Assembly: GCA_964457775.1 (NCBI GenBank)
Contig: CAYWEW010000005.1
Location: 5,398-69,397, forward strand
DNA length: 64,000 bases
Source: an uncultured Candidatus Saccharibacteria bacterium
GTDB taxonomy: Bacteria > Patescibacteriota > Minisyncoccia > Phycocordibacterales > UBA5272
Direction: 5' to 3'
Under the pieces are notes generated by a model. It was not told the origin of the DNA. It did no database searches and saw only the letters and a list, made by a program, of their open reading frames with translations. Shown piece after piece: positions 1-10,799 of this stretch. The first letter of the stretch is position 1. Each line of letters opens with the position of its first letter. Position numbers and translations under genes: made by a program.

Positions 1-164
1 ACACTGTAAATTTTAGTAAATTGAGTTAGTGGGATATCATGTACCGCCATTCAAAATGATTAAATGATAAATAAATTTTAATACTAAATTAGTAATTAAT
101 TTAAAATTAAGACTTATTCACTTTTTTTATTTATAAAACAGTGATGATAAGGTATAATTAATTA

Positions 165-1124
165 ATGAAGAACTCCCTTCAGCAACTAAAAGGAATAACA
201 ATAGCAACCGTATTCTTCTTTGGATTGTTATATGTACAAGCATGGACCGGAGCTCCAGCAGGAACACCACCAGCTAATAACGTAGACGCACCAATAAATG
301 TTGGTGTTGTAACTCAACTTAAATCAGGAGCTCTCGGTATAGATGGATTATTTAGATCATATGGAAGTGCTATTTTTGACGGAAGTGTGAAGATTTCTAC
401 TGGTGCAGGTTCTGGTAAAGTTCTGACTTCCGATGCAGATGGGAATGCTTCATGGCAAACCACTGCACCAGTATCTTCTGGAGGGGGAGGAGGGAGTTCT
501 CCTTATTGTGCTTTTAGTGGGCAGAGTAAGAGTGTTCAGGCTGGAGATAGTCCAAACTTTCAGTTTAAAGTCGCTACCTGTGCAATGAGTGTTGATTCTT
601 CTGGATTTCAAACAATAACTGTTTCTGGAGGTAACATAGACTTTACAAAGTGTTCAGAAACGCGGAATAATCAAGACTCCTTAAGTTGCTCTTTTACATC
701 AATGTATGACACACAAGCAAGTGCAAACGTGTCTTTTGATAGAAACACTGGTGTTATGACATGTGTATACTCTGATCCGTCTGGTGGTGGTACGCATACA
801 AATAATTTTACTTTTACAAAAGATCAAAGTAAGTGTGCTGGAGCCGGTTCGGCAGCTGAGACTGATCCAACGGTACTTACAAGTGTAAAGGATGGAGTGA
901 GTTGGAGTGAGATAACTGGCACACCATCAGTTGCGGTGAAGGGTAGTGTTCTTGGTGGATGTACCGGAGGAACAGATTGTTGGGGACAAATAAACCCGCC
1001 TAATTATCCTAATAGATGTCCTGCAGGGTCGACAGCACGAACTACTGGAACTGTTGATAATGGTATGGGGGGTTCAGACCAACCTGGTGGATTTCTTACT
1101 GTTTTTCTTTGTATAAAAAATTAA
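165..1124 (+). CDS. Secreted fibre/adhesin-like protein, constant N-terminus family, Cys-rich C-terminus
   Basis: Signal peptide followed by AWTGAPAGTPPANNVDAP...VLTSDADGNASW, shared with the ORFs at 40720 and 41570. Confidence 0.7.
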   Translation: MKNSLQQLKGITIATVFFFGLLYVQAWTGAPAGTPPANNVDAPINVGVVTQLKSGALGIDGLFRSYGSAIFDGSVKISTGAGSGKVLTSDADGNASWQTTAPVSSGGGGGSSPYCAFSGQSKSVQAGDSPNFQFKVATCAMSVDSSGFQTITVSGGNIDFTKCSETRNNQDSLSCSFTSMYDTQASANVSFDRNTGVMTCVYSDPSGGGTHTNNFTFTKDQSKCAGAGSAAETDPTVLTSVKDGVSWSEITGTPSVAVKGSVLGGCTGGTDCWGQINPPNYPNRCPAGSTARTTGTVDNGMGGSDQPGGFLTVFLCIKN

Positions 1125-1128
1125 TATT

Positions 1129-1215
1129 ATGAAACACTTACACAAACACCTCAAAGGAATAGCAATATCAACACTGTCCTTCTTTGGATTGTTATATGTT
1201 AATATTTCAAAATAA
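1129..1215 (+). pseudogene. Truncated paralog (signal-peptide remnant) of the 165..1124 family
   Basis: MKHLHKHLKGIAISTLSFFGLLYVNISK* aligns with MKNSLQQLKGITIATVFFFGLLYV; shared ttctttggattgttatatgt. Confidence 0.6.
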
Positions 1216-1272
1216 TTTTCTTTGTGCATAACTTAAGACTAGATCATTAATATTAGGGTATAATTAAATCAA

Positions 1273-2790
1273 ATGAAAAAAATTTTTAAAAACAAATCAA
1301 TAAGTATTAAATGGCTACTATCTGGATTGGTCGCAACTTTTACATTAGCTACTGTTTGGGCTTATAGTGTTTCTGGTTTTTTAGGATTTAATGGATACGC
1401 TTGGAGTGATACCATTGGATGGGTTTCCATGTCTTGTAAAACTGGAGGTCCAACAGGAAATGATATATGTGCAACAAATAATTATGGTGTAACTGTTAGT
1501 ACATCCACTGGTAATTTATCTGGTTATGCTTGGAGTGATAATATTGGCTGGATATCATTTAATAGTAGCGATGTATCAGGTTGCCCAGTTTCTCCATGTT
1601 CTCCAAAACTTACATCAACAGGTTTATCTGGTTTTGCAAAAGCATTAGCTGGTGGAACTGCAGAATCTGGTGGATGGGACGGATATATTGATTTGAGTTC
1701 AGTGATTAGAACATCAGAAACAGTATTATCGGGGTATGCTTGGGGAAGTGATGTTGTGGGTTGGCTTGACATGAGCGGAAGCGCAACTGACGGAGTAACT
1801 TTGGTATATGAGCCAACAACAGCCACATTATCGGCAAATCCAACCAGGGTTTCTTATAATGGTACATCTACTCTAACTTGGAATTCAGTTAACTCAACTA
1901 GTTGTACAGCAGGTGGAAATTGGTCAAACCTCACTCCACCTGTAGGAGATGCTTTAAGAGGAAGTGGTGGAACAGGAGTGCTTACTGAGGATCAATTATA
2001 CACATTCCAATGTAACGGTGCAGGAGGAACGTCTACTTTAGCTAGTGCTACAGTCTCTGTTTGTGATTCTGGAACACCGATGTTAAATAATTCAACCTGT
2101 CACGATGTTTCAAATTCAGTAACTAACACTTTAGGAAACTGTAACTACACTGCAAGTTGTACACTTACTATCACAAGTACTGGTAATGATTCATGTGTTT
2201 TATATAAAGATGGTGTAGCTACATCAGACTCAATTTCAGCAAACGGTACAACCTTAGTTAATTTAACTCAAGAGGGTAAATATATAACAAAATGTACTAC
2301 ATTATCTGATGATGGAAAAACATTCCTATCTCAAGCTCCTGTTTCCATTAATTATTCACCATACCCACCTAAACCAATAGTATCTTTAAGAGCCTCCCCG
2401 ACAAATATATCAGTTAACTCACAAACAGTACTTAATTGGACAGTAACATATCCTAATTCAGTACAAGAACATCCAACTAGATCAGCTTGTACTCTAACTG
2501 CTAAACCAGTATGTGCATTAGGAAATTGTAACGCCAGTCAAATATTGGCTTCAACAACCATTAATAATATTATTAAAACTGAAAATACCGACTCAAACGA
2601 TCCAAATGGTAGTAGAAAAATTACATCAGATGCGGTTAATGAAGTAGTTGGTGACCCAACTGTTTGGCAAGCGCGTGGTAAGAAAACATTCATTCTCGAT
2701 AAATCTATGGACTTCATTCTTAGATGTGGAGATGGTGTGAATGAAAGTCAGGGGGTGAGAGTGTTGGTGACTAGTAGTACTGAGGGGTAG
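1273..2790 (+). CDS. Secreted surface protein with GYAWS-x-x-GW repeats and Ig-like segments
   Basis: Signal peptide, three GYAW(S/G)..GW repeats, Thr/Ser/Cys-rich Ig-like segments. Confidence 0.7.
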   Translation: MKKIFKNKSISIKWLLSGLVATFTLATVWAYSVSGFLGFNGYAWSDTIGWVSMSCKTGGPTGNDICATNNYGVTVSTSTGNLSGYAWSDNIGWISFNSSDVSGCPVSPCSPKLTSTGLSGFAKALAGGTAESGGWDGYIDLSSVIRTSETVLSGYAWGSDVVGWLDMSGSATDGVTLVYEPTTATLSANPTRVSYNGTSTLTWNSVNSTSCTAGGNWSNLTPPVGDALRGSGGTGVLTEDQLYTFQCNGAGGTSTLASATVSVCDSGTPMLNNSTCHDVSNSVTNTLGNCNYTASCTLTITSTGNDSCVLYKDGVATSDSISANGTTLVNLTQEGKYITKCTTLSDDGKTFLSQAPVSINYSPYPPKPIVSLRASPTNISVNSQTVLNWTVTYPNSVQEHPTRSACTLTAKPVCALGNCNASQILASTTINNIIKTENTDSNDPNGSRKITSDAVNEVVGDPTVWQARGKKTFILDKSMDFILRCGDGVNESQGVRVLVTSSTEG

Positions 2791-2792
2791 AG

Positions 2793-2883
2793 GGACAGTT
2801 ATTAGTCTTTAGCTTTCGACGAGCGAAGAGCGAGGAAGAGGTACGCAGTCAACAGACGGAGGACCAGACTAAATAATTCTTCC
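2793..2883. repeat. Intergenic imperfect stem-loop element
   Basis: gttattagtct ... agactaaataat closing stem around a purine-rich core. Confidence 0.4.
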
Positions 2884-2913
2884 AAAGTTATTAGCCAAAT
2901 ACGAATTTAATAC

Positions 2914-2947
2914 AAAAAGAGTGACCACAAAGTGGCCACTCTTTTTA
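2914..2947. terminator. Bidirectional intrinsic terminator
   Basis: aaaaagagtgaccac-aaa-gtggccactcttttt between convergent genes. Confidence 0.7.
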
Positions 2948-3172
2948 TTCTTGAATTGTCACCACTAAATTTCCAGGTTCTATCCTTGGAGGTGTATGTG
3001 AGTCATCGCACGAGTAAGTATAAATTCTTCTACGATCAGGGTTATTACGGAGCAGGAGCCATAACAGCAGCTTGAGAGAGGTGTAGCGCCTGTGGCCAAA
3101 CACTGGTTCTGGTGGAACTAAAACATTTTTGGTTTAAGAGGATTTTGACTGAAGTTCTCTTTTTTATTTCTA

Positions 3173-4144
3173 TTAAAATAATTCACGGATACCTTTTTCT
3201 AGTGACATCTTTGGCTCCCAGTCAAGTTTACTTTTAACTTTTGAGTTATCACCAACAAACCTCTTTGGTTCCTTTCTTGGTTCTATGTGTATAATAGTCG
3301 CTTCGTCGTAATTTTTTTCTGTGGCTATATTTTTTATTAGATGTGCCAGATCTAAGATTTTACTTTCCACACCAGCACATACATTAAAAACTTTACCTCT
3401 AAGTTCATCTTTTTCAAGGTTTTCTAGAAGTTGTAGATTTAAGCTTACAACATCGTATACATGTATAAAATCCCTTGTTTGTTCACCGTCACCACAAATA
3501 GTTACGGGTTGTTTATCTTTTATTTGTTTAATGAATCTACCAATAGCTGGAGCATAACTTCCTGTATCGTGTTGATCTGGACCCCAAACATTAGAATATC
3601 TAATAGATGTTATATTCATCCCATATAACTCAACATAAAGATTACCAAGTTGTTCTTTAATATGTTTACTTAGTGCGTATGGGTTCTCTGGAGCAGGGGT
3701 ATGGGACTCATGTTTAATACCATCAGCATTTCCGTATACCGCAGCAGAACTTGTAATAATTATATTTTGACAATCATTATTTCTAGCGGCTTCAAGTACA
3801 TTAATAGTTCCTTGAATATTTGTTTCAAAAGCTTTTTTTGGTTCATTGACACTGTTTGGTGAACTTATAAAAGCCGCTAAGTGAATAACTGCTTTTGCGT
3901 TTTTAAATATTGGTAAAATATTGTAATAATCTAAAACATTTAACTTGTGTATTTTGTTTTTAATGAAATCATTACTGAAATATTTTTTTAGTATATCATT
4001 GGATACTTCTTCCCCAGTAAATTCGTCAACTAAAATATCTATAATATGTACGTCATACCCTTTATCTAAAAGCGCCTTTGATATATGTCGGCCAATAAAT
4101 CCTGCACCACCCGTAACAATAATTTTTTCTGTTTCTTTTTTCAT
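3173..4144 (-). CDS. NAD-dependent epimerase/dehydratase (extended SDR)
   Basis: TGGAGFIG, SSAAVYG, YALSK and GDGEQTRDF motifs. Confidence 0.9.
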   Translation of the reverse strand: MKKETEKIIVTGGAGFIGRHISKALLDKGYDVHIIDILVDEFTGEEVSNDILKKYFSNDFIKNKIHKLNVLDYYNILPIFKNAKAVIHLAAFISSPNSVNEPKKAFETNIQGTINVLEAARNNDCQNIIITSSAAVYGNADGIKHESHTPAPENPYALSKHIKEQLGNLYVELYGMNITSIRYSNVWGPDQHDTGSYAPAIGRFIKQIKDKQPVTICGDGEQTRDFIHVYDVVSLNLQLLENLEKDELRGKVFNVCAGVESKILDLAHLIKNIATEKNYDEATIIHIEPRKEPKRFVGDNSKVKSKLDWEPKMSLEKGIRELF

Positions 4145-4153
4145 GTATTATTT

Positions 4154-5479
4154 TTAAACTCCACTTTTACTTAATAATACCTTAAATGTTTTTAGAATAA
4201 TAGCAAGGTCTAGCATTAAACTACTATGCTCTAGATAATACAAATCATAGGCAAGCTTGGTGGTGGTTTGTTTTACATCAACACCAAATTTCGGAGCTTC
4301 ATGTTGCTGTACTTGTGCCCATCCAGAAAGCCCTGGACGAACAACGTGTCTTATATTATAGAATGGGATATTTTTTGCATATTCTTCAACCAATGAAGGA
4401 GCTTCCGGGCGTGGACCAATAAGCGACACATCGCCACGTATAACATTTAATAACTGAGGAATTTCATCCAACCTTGTTTTTCTCAAGAAACCACCAACTT
4501 TACTGATTTTTTTGGTTTCATTCTTTTCATTTGTTGGCTTATTTTCCATTGTTCTGAACTTATAAATTGGTACCAGTTTGCCATGTTTCCCGACACGATT
4601 ATGTACAAAAAATATAGGACCTTTATCTTCTAGTTTAATTGCTAGATAAATAAAGGGATAAAATATTAACGAGAAAATATAAGCAGGAACAGAAAGTAAT
4701 AAATCCAAAAATCGTTTGAAACCATTGTATCTGTGAGTTACACTAACATATCTAAACACCCACTCTTGATTAATTAGTTCAAGAGGTACCATATCAAAAA
4801 TATCCTCGTAAACATCTACAATATCTAAGACCGCAGAACCCTCGAATACTTCAGTATAAAAATGCCCAAAGTATGGTTTAATCCGCTCATCTCGCATATC
4901 AATAATTACAGAGTTTGGTTTTGTAGATTGCAAAACGTTTAGTATTTTTGACATGTCATATGTATCTACATCAATAATTGAAATAAGAGTAATGCCAGTA
5001 TGAGGATTACGAGTTAATTCATCAACAAGTTTTTTGAATGTGTCCCCGCTACCGATAATTATACTTTTTTGTTTTTTATAACGTAAAACAATAGAAAATG
5101 CATAATGTCTCCACAAACTCATAAGAGCAGATGAAATAATTACATATAGCAAAAGTATTGTTTTTGGTGCAAACCCTGAAATAGGAAGGGTGTAAAAAAT
5201 AATAACCGCACTAAGTGCTGCCAAAACTTGGCTAGTTAGAATACGTTTACTGAGCTCTCTAATTAATCTAAGTGAAGGCTTGTCATATAGTCCATAACTA
5301 TAAAAAATAGAAATGCTAACTAGAGTTATTAAAGAAAAAGGGACTAAAAATGATAAAAATAAGGAGTTTCCAGGTATTTCTCCTGCTCTTATCATGATTG
5401 CGATATATAGTGAGCCAAATAAAATACCACAATCAGCTATTAAAAGTAATAATCTTCCAGGTGTGTGTCTAATAATCAT
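4154..5479 (-). CDS. Polyprenyl-phosphate glycosylphosphotransferase (WcaJ/WbaP-like sugar transferase)
   Basis: N-terminal TMs; KRFLD, KFRTM, RLDEIPQ, SLIGPRPE and PGLSGWAQ motifs. Confidence 0.9.
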   Translation of the reverse strand: MIIRHTPGRLLLLIADCGILFGSLYIAIMIRAGEIPGNSLFLSFLVPFSLITLVSISIFYSYGLYDKPSLRLIRELSKRILTSQVLAALSAVIIFYTLPISGFAPKTILLLYVIISSALMSLWRHYAFSIVLRYKKQKSIIIGSGDTFKKLVDELTRNPHTGITLISIIDVDTYDMSKILNVLQSTKPNSVIIDMRDERIKPYFGHFYTEVFEGSAVLDIVDVYEDIFDMVPLELINQEWVFRYVSVTHRYNGFKRFLDLLLSVPAYIFSLIFYPFIYLAIKLEDKGPIFFVHNRVGKHGKLVPIYKFRTMENKPTNEKNETKKISKVGGFLRKTRLDEIPQLLNVIRGDVSLIGPRPEAPSLVEEYAKNIPFYNIRHVVRPGLSGWAQVQQHEAPKFGVDVKQTTTKLAYDLYYLEHSSLMLDLAIILKTFKVLLSKSGV

Positions 5480-5515
5480 ATCTTATAGTATAATAGTACT
5501 ATATTATAGTATATT

Positions 5516-6613
5516 ATGAAAATACTCTATCTGATCACTAAATCCAATTGGGGAGGCGCTCAGAGATATGTGTATGATTTAGCAACTACATTCCAAGTAC
5601 GAGGACATCAAGTATCTGTTGCAACTGGTGGAGAAGGTGAGCTAATAAGTAAGTTACAAGAAAAGAATATTCACGTATATACGATGTCTAATCTTATTAG
5701 AGATGTACGTATAATGGCTGAATTAAAAGCATTTAAGGAAATTTATAATTTAATCAAAAATCAGAATCCAGACATTCTACATTTGAATAGTTCAAAAGCA
5801 GCGGGTATAGGTGTAGTTTGTGGAAGAATACTTGGAATTAAAAATATAATTGTAACGCTACATGGAGCACCCTTTAGAGAGGATAGACCATTTGTAATTA
5901 GAAAGTTAATTTACTTTTTTACATGGCTTACTTGTATGTTTGCACACAAAATAATTACAGTAAGTAAACAAGATGAAATGGACATAAGTTCCATGATTTT
6001 TTTGAGAAAAAAAGTTAGCACAATTTATCTAGGTCTTGCATATAATGATTTACCAGAACGCTCCATACCAAAATCAAGAACTATACATATAGTTACTATA
6101 GCAGAGTTACATAGGAATAAAGGTTTAGTCTACGCCCTCTCTGCTGTAGATAATCTTCATAAAGAGGGTTTGGATTTTAAATATTCAATTTTTGGAGAAG
6201 GTGAAGATAGACAAAAATTAGAGGAGTTTATTAATGCAAAACAATTAGATAACATTGTTATCCTTCATGGGCACGTAACTGGTGTTGCTGACAGATTGCA
6301 TGATTTTGACTTATTCTTGCTTCCATCAATTAAGGAAGGATTACCATACGTATTATTAGAAGCTGGAAAAGCTATGTTGCCTGTAGTAACAACAACAACA
6401 GGAGGAATACCAGAAATTGTGAGACATGAAGAAACAGGGTTATTGGTTTCTCCTAAAGATGTGGAACATTTAACTAAAGAATTAAAGCGCCTTATTTTAG
6501 ACCGAAGATTTGCAAAAAAATTGGGCCAAGCATTACGAGAGCATGTAGTACAGAATTTTTCACATAGTAAAATGATTGTGGAAACATCTAAGGTTTACGG
6601 ATTGATTAAATAA
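5516..6613 (+). CDS. Glycosyltransferase family 4
   Basis: GGAQRYV; EGLPYVLLEA; GGIPEIV. Confidence 0.9.
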   Translation: MKILYLITKSNWGGAQRYVYDLATTFQVRGHQVSVATGGEGELISKLQEKNIHVYTMSNLIRDVRIMAELKAFKEIYNLIKNQNPDILHLNSSKAAGIGVVCGRILGIKNIIVTLHGAPFREDRPFVIRKLIYFFTWLTCMFAHKIITVSKQDEMDISSMIFLRKKVSTIYLGLAYNDLPERSIPKSRTIHIVTIAELHRNKGLVYALSAVDNLHKEGLDFKYSIFGEGEDRQKLEEFINAKQLDNIVILHGHVTGVADRLHDFDLFLLPSIKEGLPYVLLEAGKAMLPVVTTTTGGIPEIVRHEETGLLVSPKDVEHLTKELKRLILDRRFAKKLGQALREHVVQNFSHSKMIVETSKVYGLIK

Positions 6614-6681
6614 TTAATTTATACAAGTTATAATTAAGCTTTAAATCACACATAATAAGGCTTGATTAATAACCAAAAATA

Positions 6682-7326
6682 ATGTATAATTCCACAACTA
6701 TGATGCAAATTACTACTTCGCCTAGAAAGGCAAAAGAAACCAAAAAAGATGGATTTATACCTGCTGTTTATTATGGAACACATGCAGCTTCTACTCCTAT
6801 TTTTGTTGATATGATTGAATTTACAAAGGTTTTATCATCAGCCGGTGAATCAAGTTCTGTAACTCTAAAAACTGAACATGGAAATGAAACAGCTATGATT
6901 CAAGATGTACAAGTTCACCCAGTTAAAGGCCAAGTTATACATGTTGATTTTTATGTTCTTGAAAAAGGTCAAAAAGTTCACGTTAAGACACCTATAGTAT
7001 TCGTTGGTGAGTCAGCTGCAGTAAAAGCAGGAGGAGTGCTTGTAAAAGTTTTACAAGAACTTTCTGTTGAAGGAGACTCAACAAAACTTCCTCATGAGTT
7101 TTCTGTTGATATTTCTGCACTCGTTGATTCAAAGAGTGTAATACATGTGAGTGATGTTAAGCTTCCAGTAGGTGTTGAACTTTATCACATTAATGAAACT
7201 GATGTGGTGGCATCAATTTCTGCTGCGCAAGAATTAACAGAAGATGTTCCTGTTGCTACAGACTTAAGTACGATTGAGGTGGAGGCTAAAGGTAAGAAAG
7301 AAACAGAAGAGGCACCTGCAGAATAA
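6682..7326 (+). CDS. rplY: 50S ribosomal protein L25/Ctc (start may be 6700)
   Basis: IPAVYYG, QVHPV..HVDF and acidic tail. Confidence 0.92.
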   Translation: MYNSTTMMQITTSPRKAKETKKDGFIPAVYYGTHAASTPIFVDMIEFTKVLSSAGESSSVTLKTEHGNETAMIQDVQVHPVKGQVIHVDFYVLEKGQKVHVKTPIVFVGESAAVKAGGVLVKVLQELSVEGDSTKLPHEFSVDISALVDSKSVIHVSDVKLPVGVELYHINETDVVASISAAQELTEDVPVATDLSTIEVEAKGKKETEEAPAE

Positions 7327-7337
7327 TATTTTTAATT

Positions 7338-7367
7338 AAAAAGCGACCACAAAGTGGTCGCTTTTTT
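7338..7367 (+). terminator. Intrinsic terminator
   Basis: aaaagcgaccac-aaa-gtggtcgctttttt. Confidence 0.75.
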
Positions 7368-7426
7368 ATCTACATATACCCCAAATATCTAAAGGTCAAC
7401 TGCTATGTTTCTGTTATACTGTATTA

Positions 7427-8782
7427 ATGAGACACTGGTTCGCTATTTTTATTGTTGCTATATTATTTTCCTCGTCACTTATCGCAGGAGATATGAGTGT
7501 TTTTGCGCAGCAATCACGTGAACAATTAGAAGCAGACTTGGTTAACTTAGAGGCACAAATAAAAGCATTAAATAATACTATCACTCAAACAAAACAACAA
7601 GGAACGACCTTAAAGAGTGAAATAAAACGTCTTGAGGGTGAAATAGCAACAAGAAAGAATCTAATACAAACAAAAGCAAAAGTTATTTCTAAATTAAATG
7701 TAAACATTGGAGAGAAGAATAGAACCATAAGTTTACTTGATGCGAAAGTAGAAAGAGAAAAAGATTCACTTGCACAGATAATGCGCAAAACTAGATATTT
7801 AGAGCAGTACTCTATTCTTGATTTTGGTCTTCAGTCTGGAAGCTTGTCTACCTTTTTTTCTGACGCAGACTCTTTTTCAACTTTAAACAGAGCTCTCAAT
7901 AATAGTTTAGAGGAAATAAGAGGAACAAAAACAGAAGTGGAAGAAGTAAAATCTCAACTTGAGGAAGTAAAAGATACCGAGACTCAAAAAAAACTTTCCC
8001 TTGAAAACGAGAAGAAAATGGTAGAAAAAAATCAAAAAGAAAAGAGTACGCTTCTTGTGATAACTAAGAATCAAGAGACGGAATATAAAAAAGTTCTTGC
8101 TCAAAGAGAGAAAGAAGCTGCTCAAATTAGAGCTAGGCTATTCGAACTTCGTGATGCAGGTAGTATTTCATTCGGGTCAGCATATGATTTTGCGCTCACA
8201 GCATCTAAGTCTACCGGAGTTCGTCCAGCTCTTATTCTTGCTATTCTAATGCAAGAGTCGTCATTAGGTATTAATGTTGGTTCTTGTTATCTTCGTGATT
8301 ATGATACAGGTAGTGGTATTAGTATAAAAAGTGGAGACACAAAACCAAGAACAATGCACCCTACACGTGATGTTCCTGTTTTCATATCATTATTATCAAA
8401 ACTTGGTCGTGACCCGCAAAAGACACAAGTTTCATGTTGGATTGCAATGTATAGTAGAGGAGAGCCAACTGGTTGGGGAGGGGCAATGGGGCCTTCACAG
8501 TTTATTCCATCAACTTGGAAACTTTTTGAAACAAGAATAGAAAAGATAACCGGTTCTTCAGTTGCTGACCCTTGGATCCCGTATCATGCTATTACAGCTA
8601 CATCACTTTATTTAGCAGACTTAGGTGCAGTTGCAGGAAATGAAGCAAGTGAACGTAATGCGGCTTGTAAATATTATTCAGGAAGGTCTTGTTCAGCATC
8701 GGGTGCTGGTGCTGGATATGGTAATTCTGTGATGAAAAAGTTGTATAGCATGCAACAAGATATTGATAAATTACAGAAATAG
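7427..8782 (+). CDS. Secreted coiled-coil protein with C-terminal lytic transglycosylase (SLT/MltB-like) domain
   Basis: Signal peptide, long coiled coil, AILMQES (catalytic Glu) and GAMGPSQFIPSTW. Confidence 0.8.
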   Translation: MRHWFAIFIVAILFSSSLIAGDMSVFAQQSREQLEADLVNLEAQIKALNNTITQTKQQGTTLKSEIKRLEGEIATRKNLIQTKAKVISKLNVNIGEKNRTISLLDAKVEREKDSLAQIMRKTRYLEQYSILDFGLQSGSLSTFFSDADSFSTLNRALNNSLEEIRGTKTEVEEVKSQLEEVKDTETQKKLSLENEKKMVEKNQKEKSTLLVITKNQETEYKKVLAQREKEAAQIRARLFELRDAGSISFGSAYDFALTASKSTGVRPALILAILMQESSLGINVGSCYLRDYDTGSGISIKSGDTKPRTMHPTRDVPVFISLLSKLGRDPQKTQVSCWIAMYSRGEPTGWGGAMGPSQFIPSTWKLFETRIEKITGSSVADPWIPYHAITATSLYLADLGAVAGNEASERNAACKYYSGRSCSASGAGAGYGNSVMKKLYSMQQDIDKLQK

Positions 8783-8789
8783 CAGAAAC

Positions 8790-8860
8790 CGTTGGTAGTT
8801 ATTAGTTAGGACGTTAGGGTAAATCTAACGAAGAACGACTAAATTCATAACGACTACAAG
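8790..8860. repeat. Intergenic hairpin repeat related to 32845..32908 (inverted)
   Basis: Shared cgtt.gtagtt..gttagga and aacgaagaacga.taa.ttc.taac. Confidence 0.5.
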
Positions 8861-8932
8861 GATATTTCTTGTTTGCAAGTAGTCTTAAAATATGGTATAA
8901 TCCTAAAACTAAATAAACGTATTAAAACTATT

Positions 8933-9145
8933 ATGAAATCAGATATTCACCCAACATATTTCGAAAATGTAACTGCAACTTGTGCTTGCGGTGCAACATT
9001 TGCTGTAGGTTCTACAGCAGAGAAAATTTCTGTTGAAATTTGTTCAAGTTGTCACCCATTTTATACTGGTGAGGAAAAGGTTCTTGATACTAAGGGTAGA
9101 GTAGATAAGTTCAAGAAGAGAATGGCCGCAGTTAAGAAGGCGTAA
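8933..9145 (+). CDS. rpmE: 50S ribosomal protein L31 (zinc-binding type)
   Basis: [29 protein letters not shown]. Confidence 0.95.
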   Translation: MKSDIHPTYFENVTATCACGATFAVGSTAEKISVEICSSCHPFYTGEEKVLDTKGRVDKFKKRMAAVKKA

Positions 9146-9213
9146 CGTAGTTAAAAGCGCGAAAGACCATAGGTCTTTCGCGCTTTTTCTATGCTAAAAT
9201 TAATTCAAACAAT

Positions 9214-10182
9214 ATGAATTTAGAAGACTTCAAATCAAATCCACGTACAATGTATACCGCTCAAGAATATGAGCGAATTCTTAATGCAAAAAATGAAGCT
9301 GAAACATTATTATCCGATGATGATATGAAGGAACTTGCTCAAATAGAAGTAGAAGCTTTAACAGCGCAGTTAGAGTCTCTTTGGCTACAAATGGAAAACG
9401 ATGCTGAAGCTGCAAAAGAAGCAGAAGAAGCCCCGAAGGCAATGATACTTGAAATACAAGGTGGTGCAGGAGGGGACGAATCATCACTTTTCGCTGCAGA
9501 ACTTGCCCTTATGTATCAGAATTATGCTGAACAACGTGGTTGGGGTTGGAGTAAATTAGATGAATCACTTTCAGATGTTGGTGGCTACAAAGATGTATCT
9601 TTCGAAGTAAAAGGAAAAGGTTGTTATGAGGCTTTGAAATTTGAAACAGGAGTGCATCGTGTTCAACGAATACCAGAAACAGAGAAGAACGGTCGAGTGC
9701 ATACTTCAACTGTTACTGTGTCTGTTATGCCTATTCGTACTAAAACAAATGTTACCATTCCTATGAGTGATCTTGAATTCGAAACATCTCGTTCAGGTGG
9801 GGCAGGTGGTCAGAACGTGAACAAAGTAGAAACAGCTGTTCGAGTTATTCATAAACCAACAGGTATTGCTATTCGTTGTACCATTGAACGTAGTCAGTTA
9901 AAGAATAAAGAAAGAGCTCTTGAAATGTTACAAGCCAAATTAGACCAATTAGCTCAAGAAGAAGATGATAAGAAGCACGCTTCAGAAAAGCGCTCACAAG
10001 TAGGAACGGGGGACAGAAGTGAAAAGATTCGTACCTATAACTTTCCACAAGATAGAGTCACTGATCACAGAATTAGACAATCATGGCACGGTCTTCCAAA
10101 AATTATGATAGGGAACATGGGTCCAATTGTAGAGTCACTTCAAAACTTCACTGGAGAATTCGGCGAAGCAGAGGAGGAATAA
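9214..10182 (+). CDS. prfA: Peptide chain release factor 1 (short N-domain)
   Basis: GGQ motif, PET specificity motif, RSEKIRTYNFPQ; downstream of rpmE. Confidence 0.92.
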   Translation: MNLEDFKSNPRTMYTAQEYERILNAKNEAETLLSDDDMKELAQIEVEALTAQLESLWLQMENDAEAAKEAEEAPKAMILEIQGGAGGDESSLFAAELALMYQNYAEQRGWGWSKLDESLSDVGGYKDVSFEVKGKGCYEALKFETGVHRVQRIPETEKNGRVHTSTVTVSVMPIRTKTNVTIPMSDLEFETSRSGGAGGQNVNKVETAVRVIHKPTGIAIRCTIERSQLKNKERALEMLQAKLDQLAQEEDDKKHASEKRSQVGTGDRSEKIRTYNFPQDRVTDHRIRQSWHGLPKIMIGNMGPIVESLQNFTGEFGEAEEE

Positions 10183-10264
10183 TATGTTCGAATAAATTTT
10201 ATTTTTTGACTTCATTGTGGTAGAGTTTAGGTGGAGTATTTAAACACATATAAAGGAGGAAGTT

Positions 10265-10567
10265 ATGGAATTTTTTCTTAAAGAAAGATATGTGTTCAAG
10301 GGTGAATTTTATTCTTGGGTGGCTTTAATTGATTATTTGCTAAGTCTGCAGAGAATTACGTTGGTAGTTAAAGAAAAAGTTGAATTTTCTCGAACTCATT
10401 CTAGAATGACTTATCTTGGTACGGTAAAATATCTAGACTATTACGGGTATGAAGAAGCTCTGTATGTCGATGATATTTTGGAGAAGGAAGAGGAAACTTT
10501 ACTTGCCCAACTTCATGCTCTTGGTACCGAACTTGATGCAAAAATTTTGGAAACAGAAGATTTGTAA
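10265..10567 (+). CDS. Hypothetical protein
   Basis: ORF with aaggagg SD and a terminator at about 10587. Confidence 0.6.
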   Translation: MEFFLKERYVFKGEFYSWVALIDYLLSLQRITLVVKEKVEFSRTHSRMTYLGTVKYLDYYGYEEALYVDDILEKEEETLLAQLHALGTELDAKILETEDL

Positions 10568-10669
10568 AGTATCTATCTTACTCTGAAAAACCAGCGCCAG
10601 CGCTGGTTTTTGTTTTATGGGTAAGTATTCCCAAAACGCCAATTCTGTGCTAGAATAACACCTGTTACA

Positions 10670-10775
10670 TCCAATCATGCAAATCAGGATTTGGACACCT
10701 GAGCACACTTTTCGAGCACTATTGACGCTTACCAAACAGGTATTAAGGAGAAAAGGAGTTGTGGCATGATTACTT
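10670..10775 (+). promoter_or_regulatory. Candidate rpsB (S2) leader RNA
   Basis: aatcatgc...gcatgatt closing stem with cacac and gttgtg segments, directly upstream of rpsB. Confidence 0.45.
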
Positions 10776-10799
10776 ATTAATTAAGTAACACAAAAAAAT

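Noticed and set aside
2946-3130. Minus-strand open frame of about 60 codons downstream of the epimerase
   Set aside because: No in-frame ATG or recognisable motif; it could be a decayed gene but cannot be supported.
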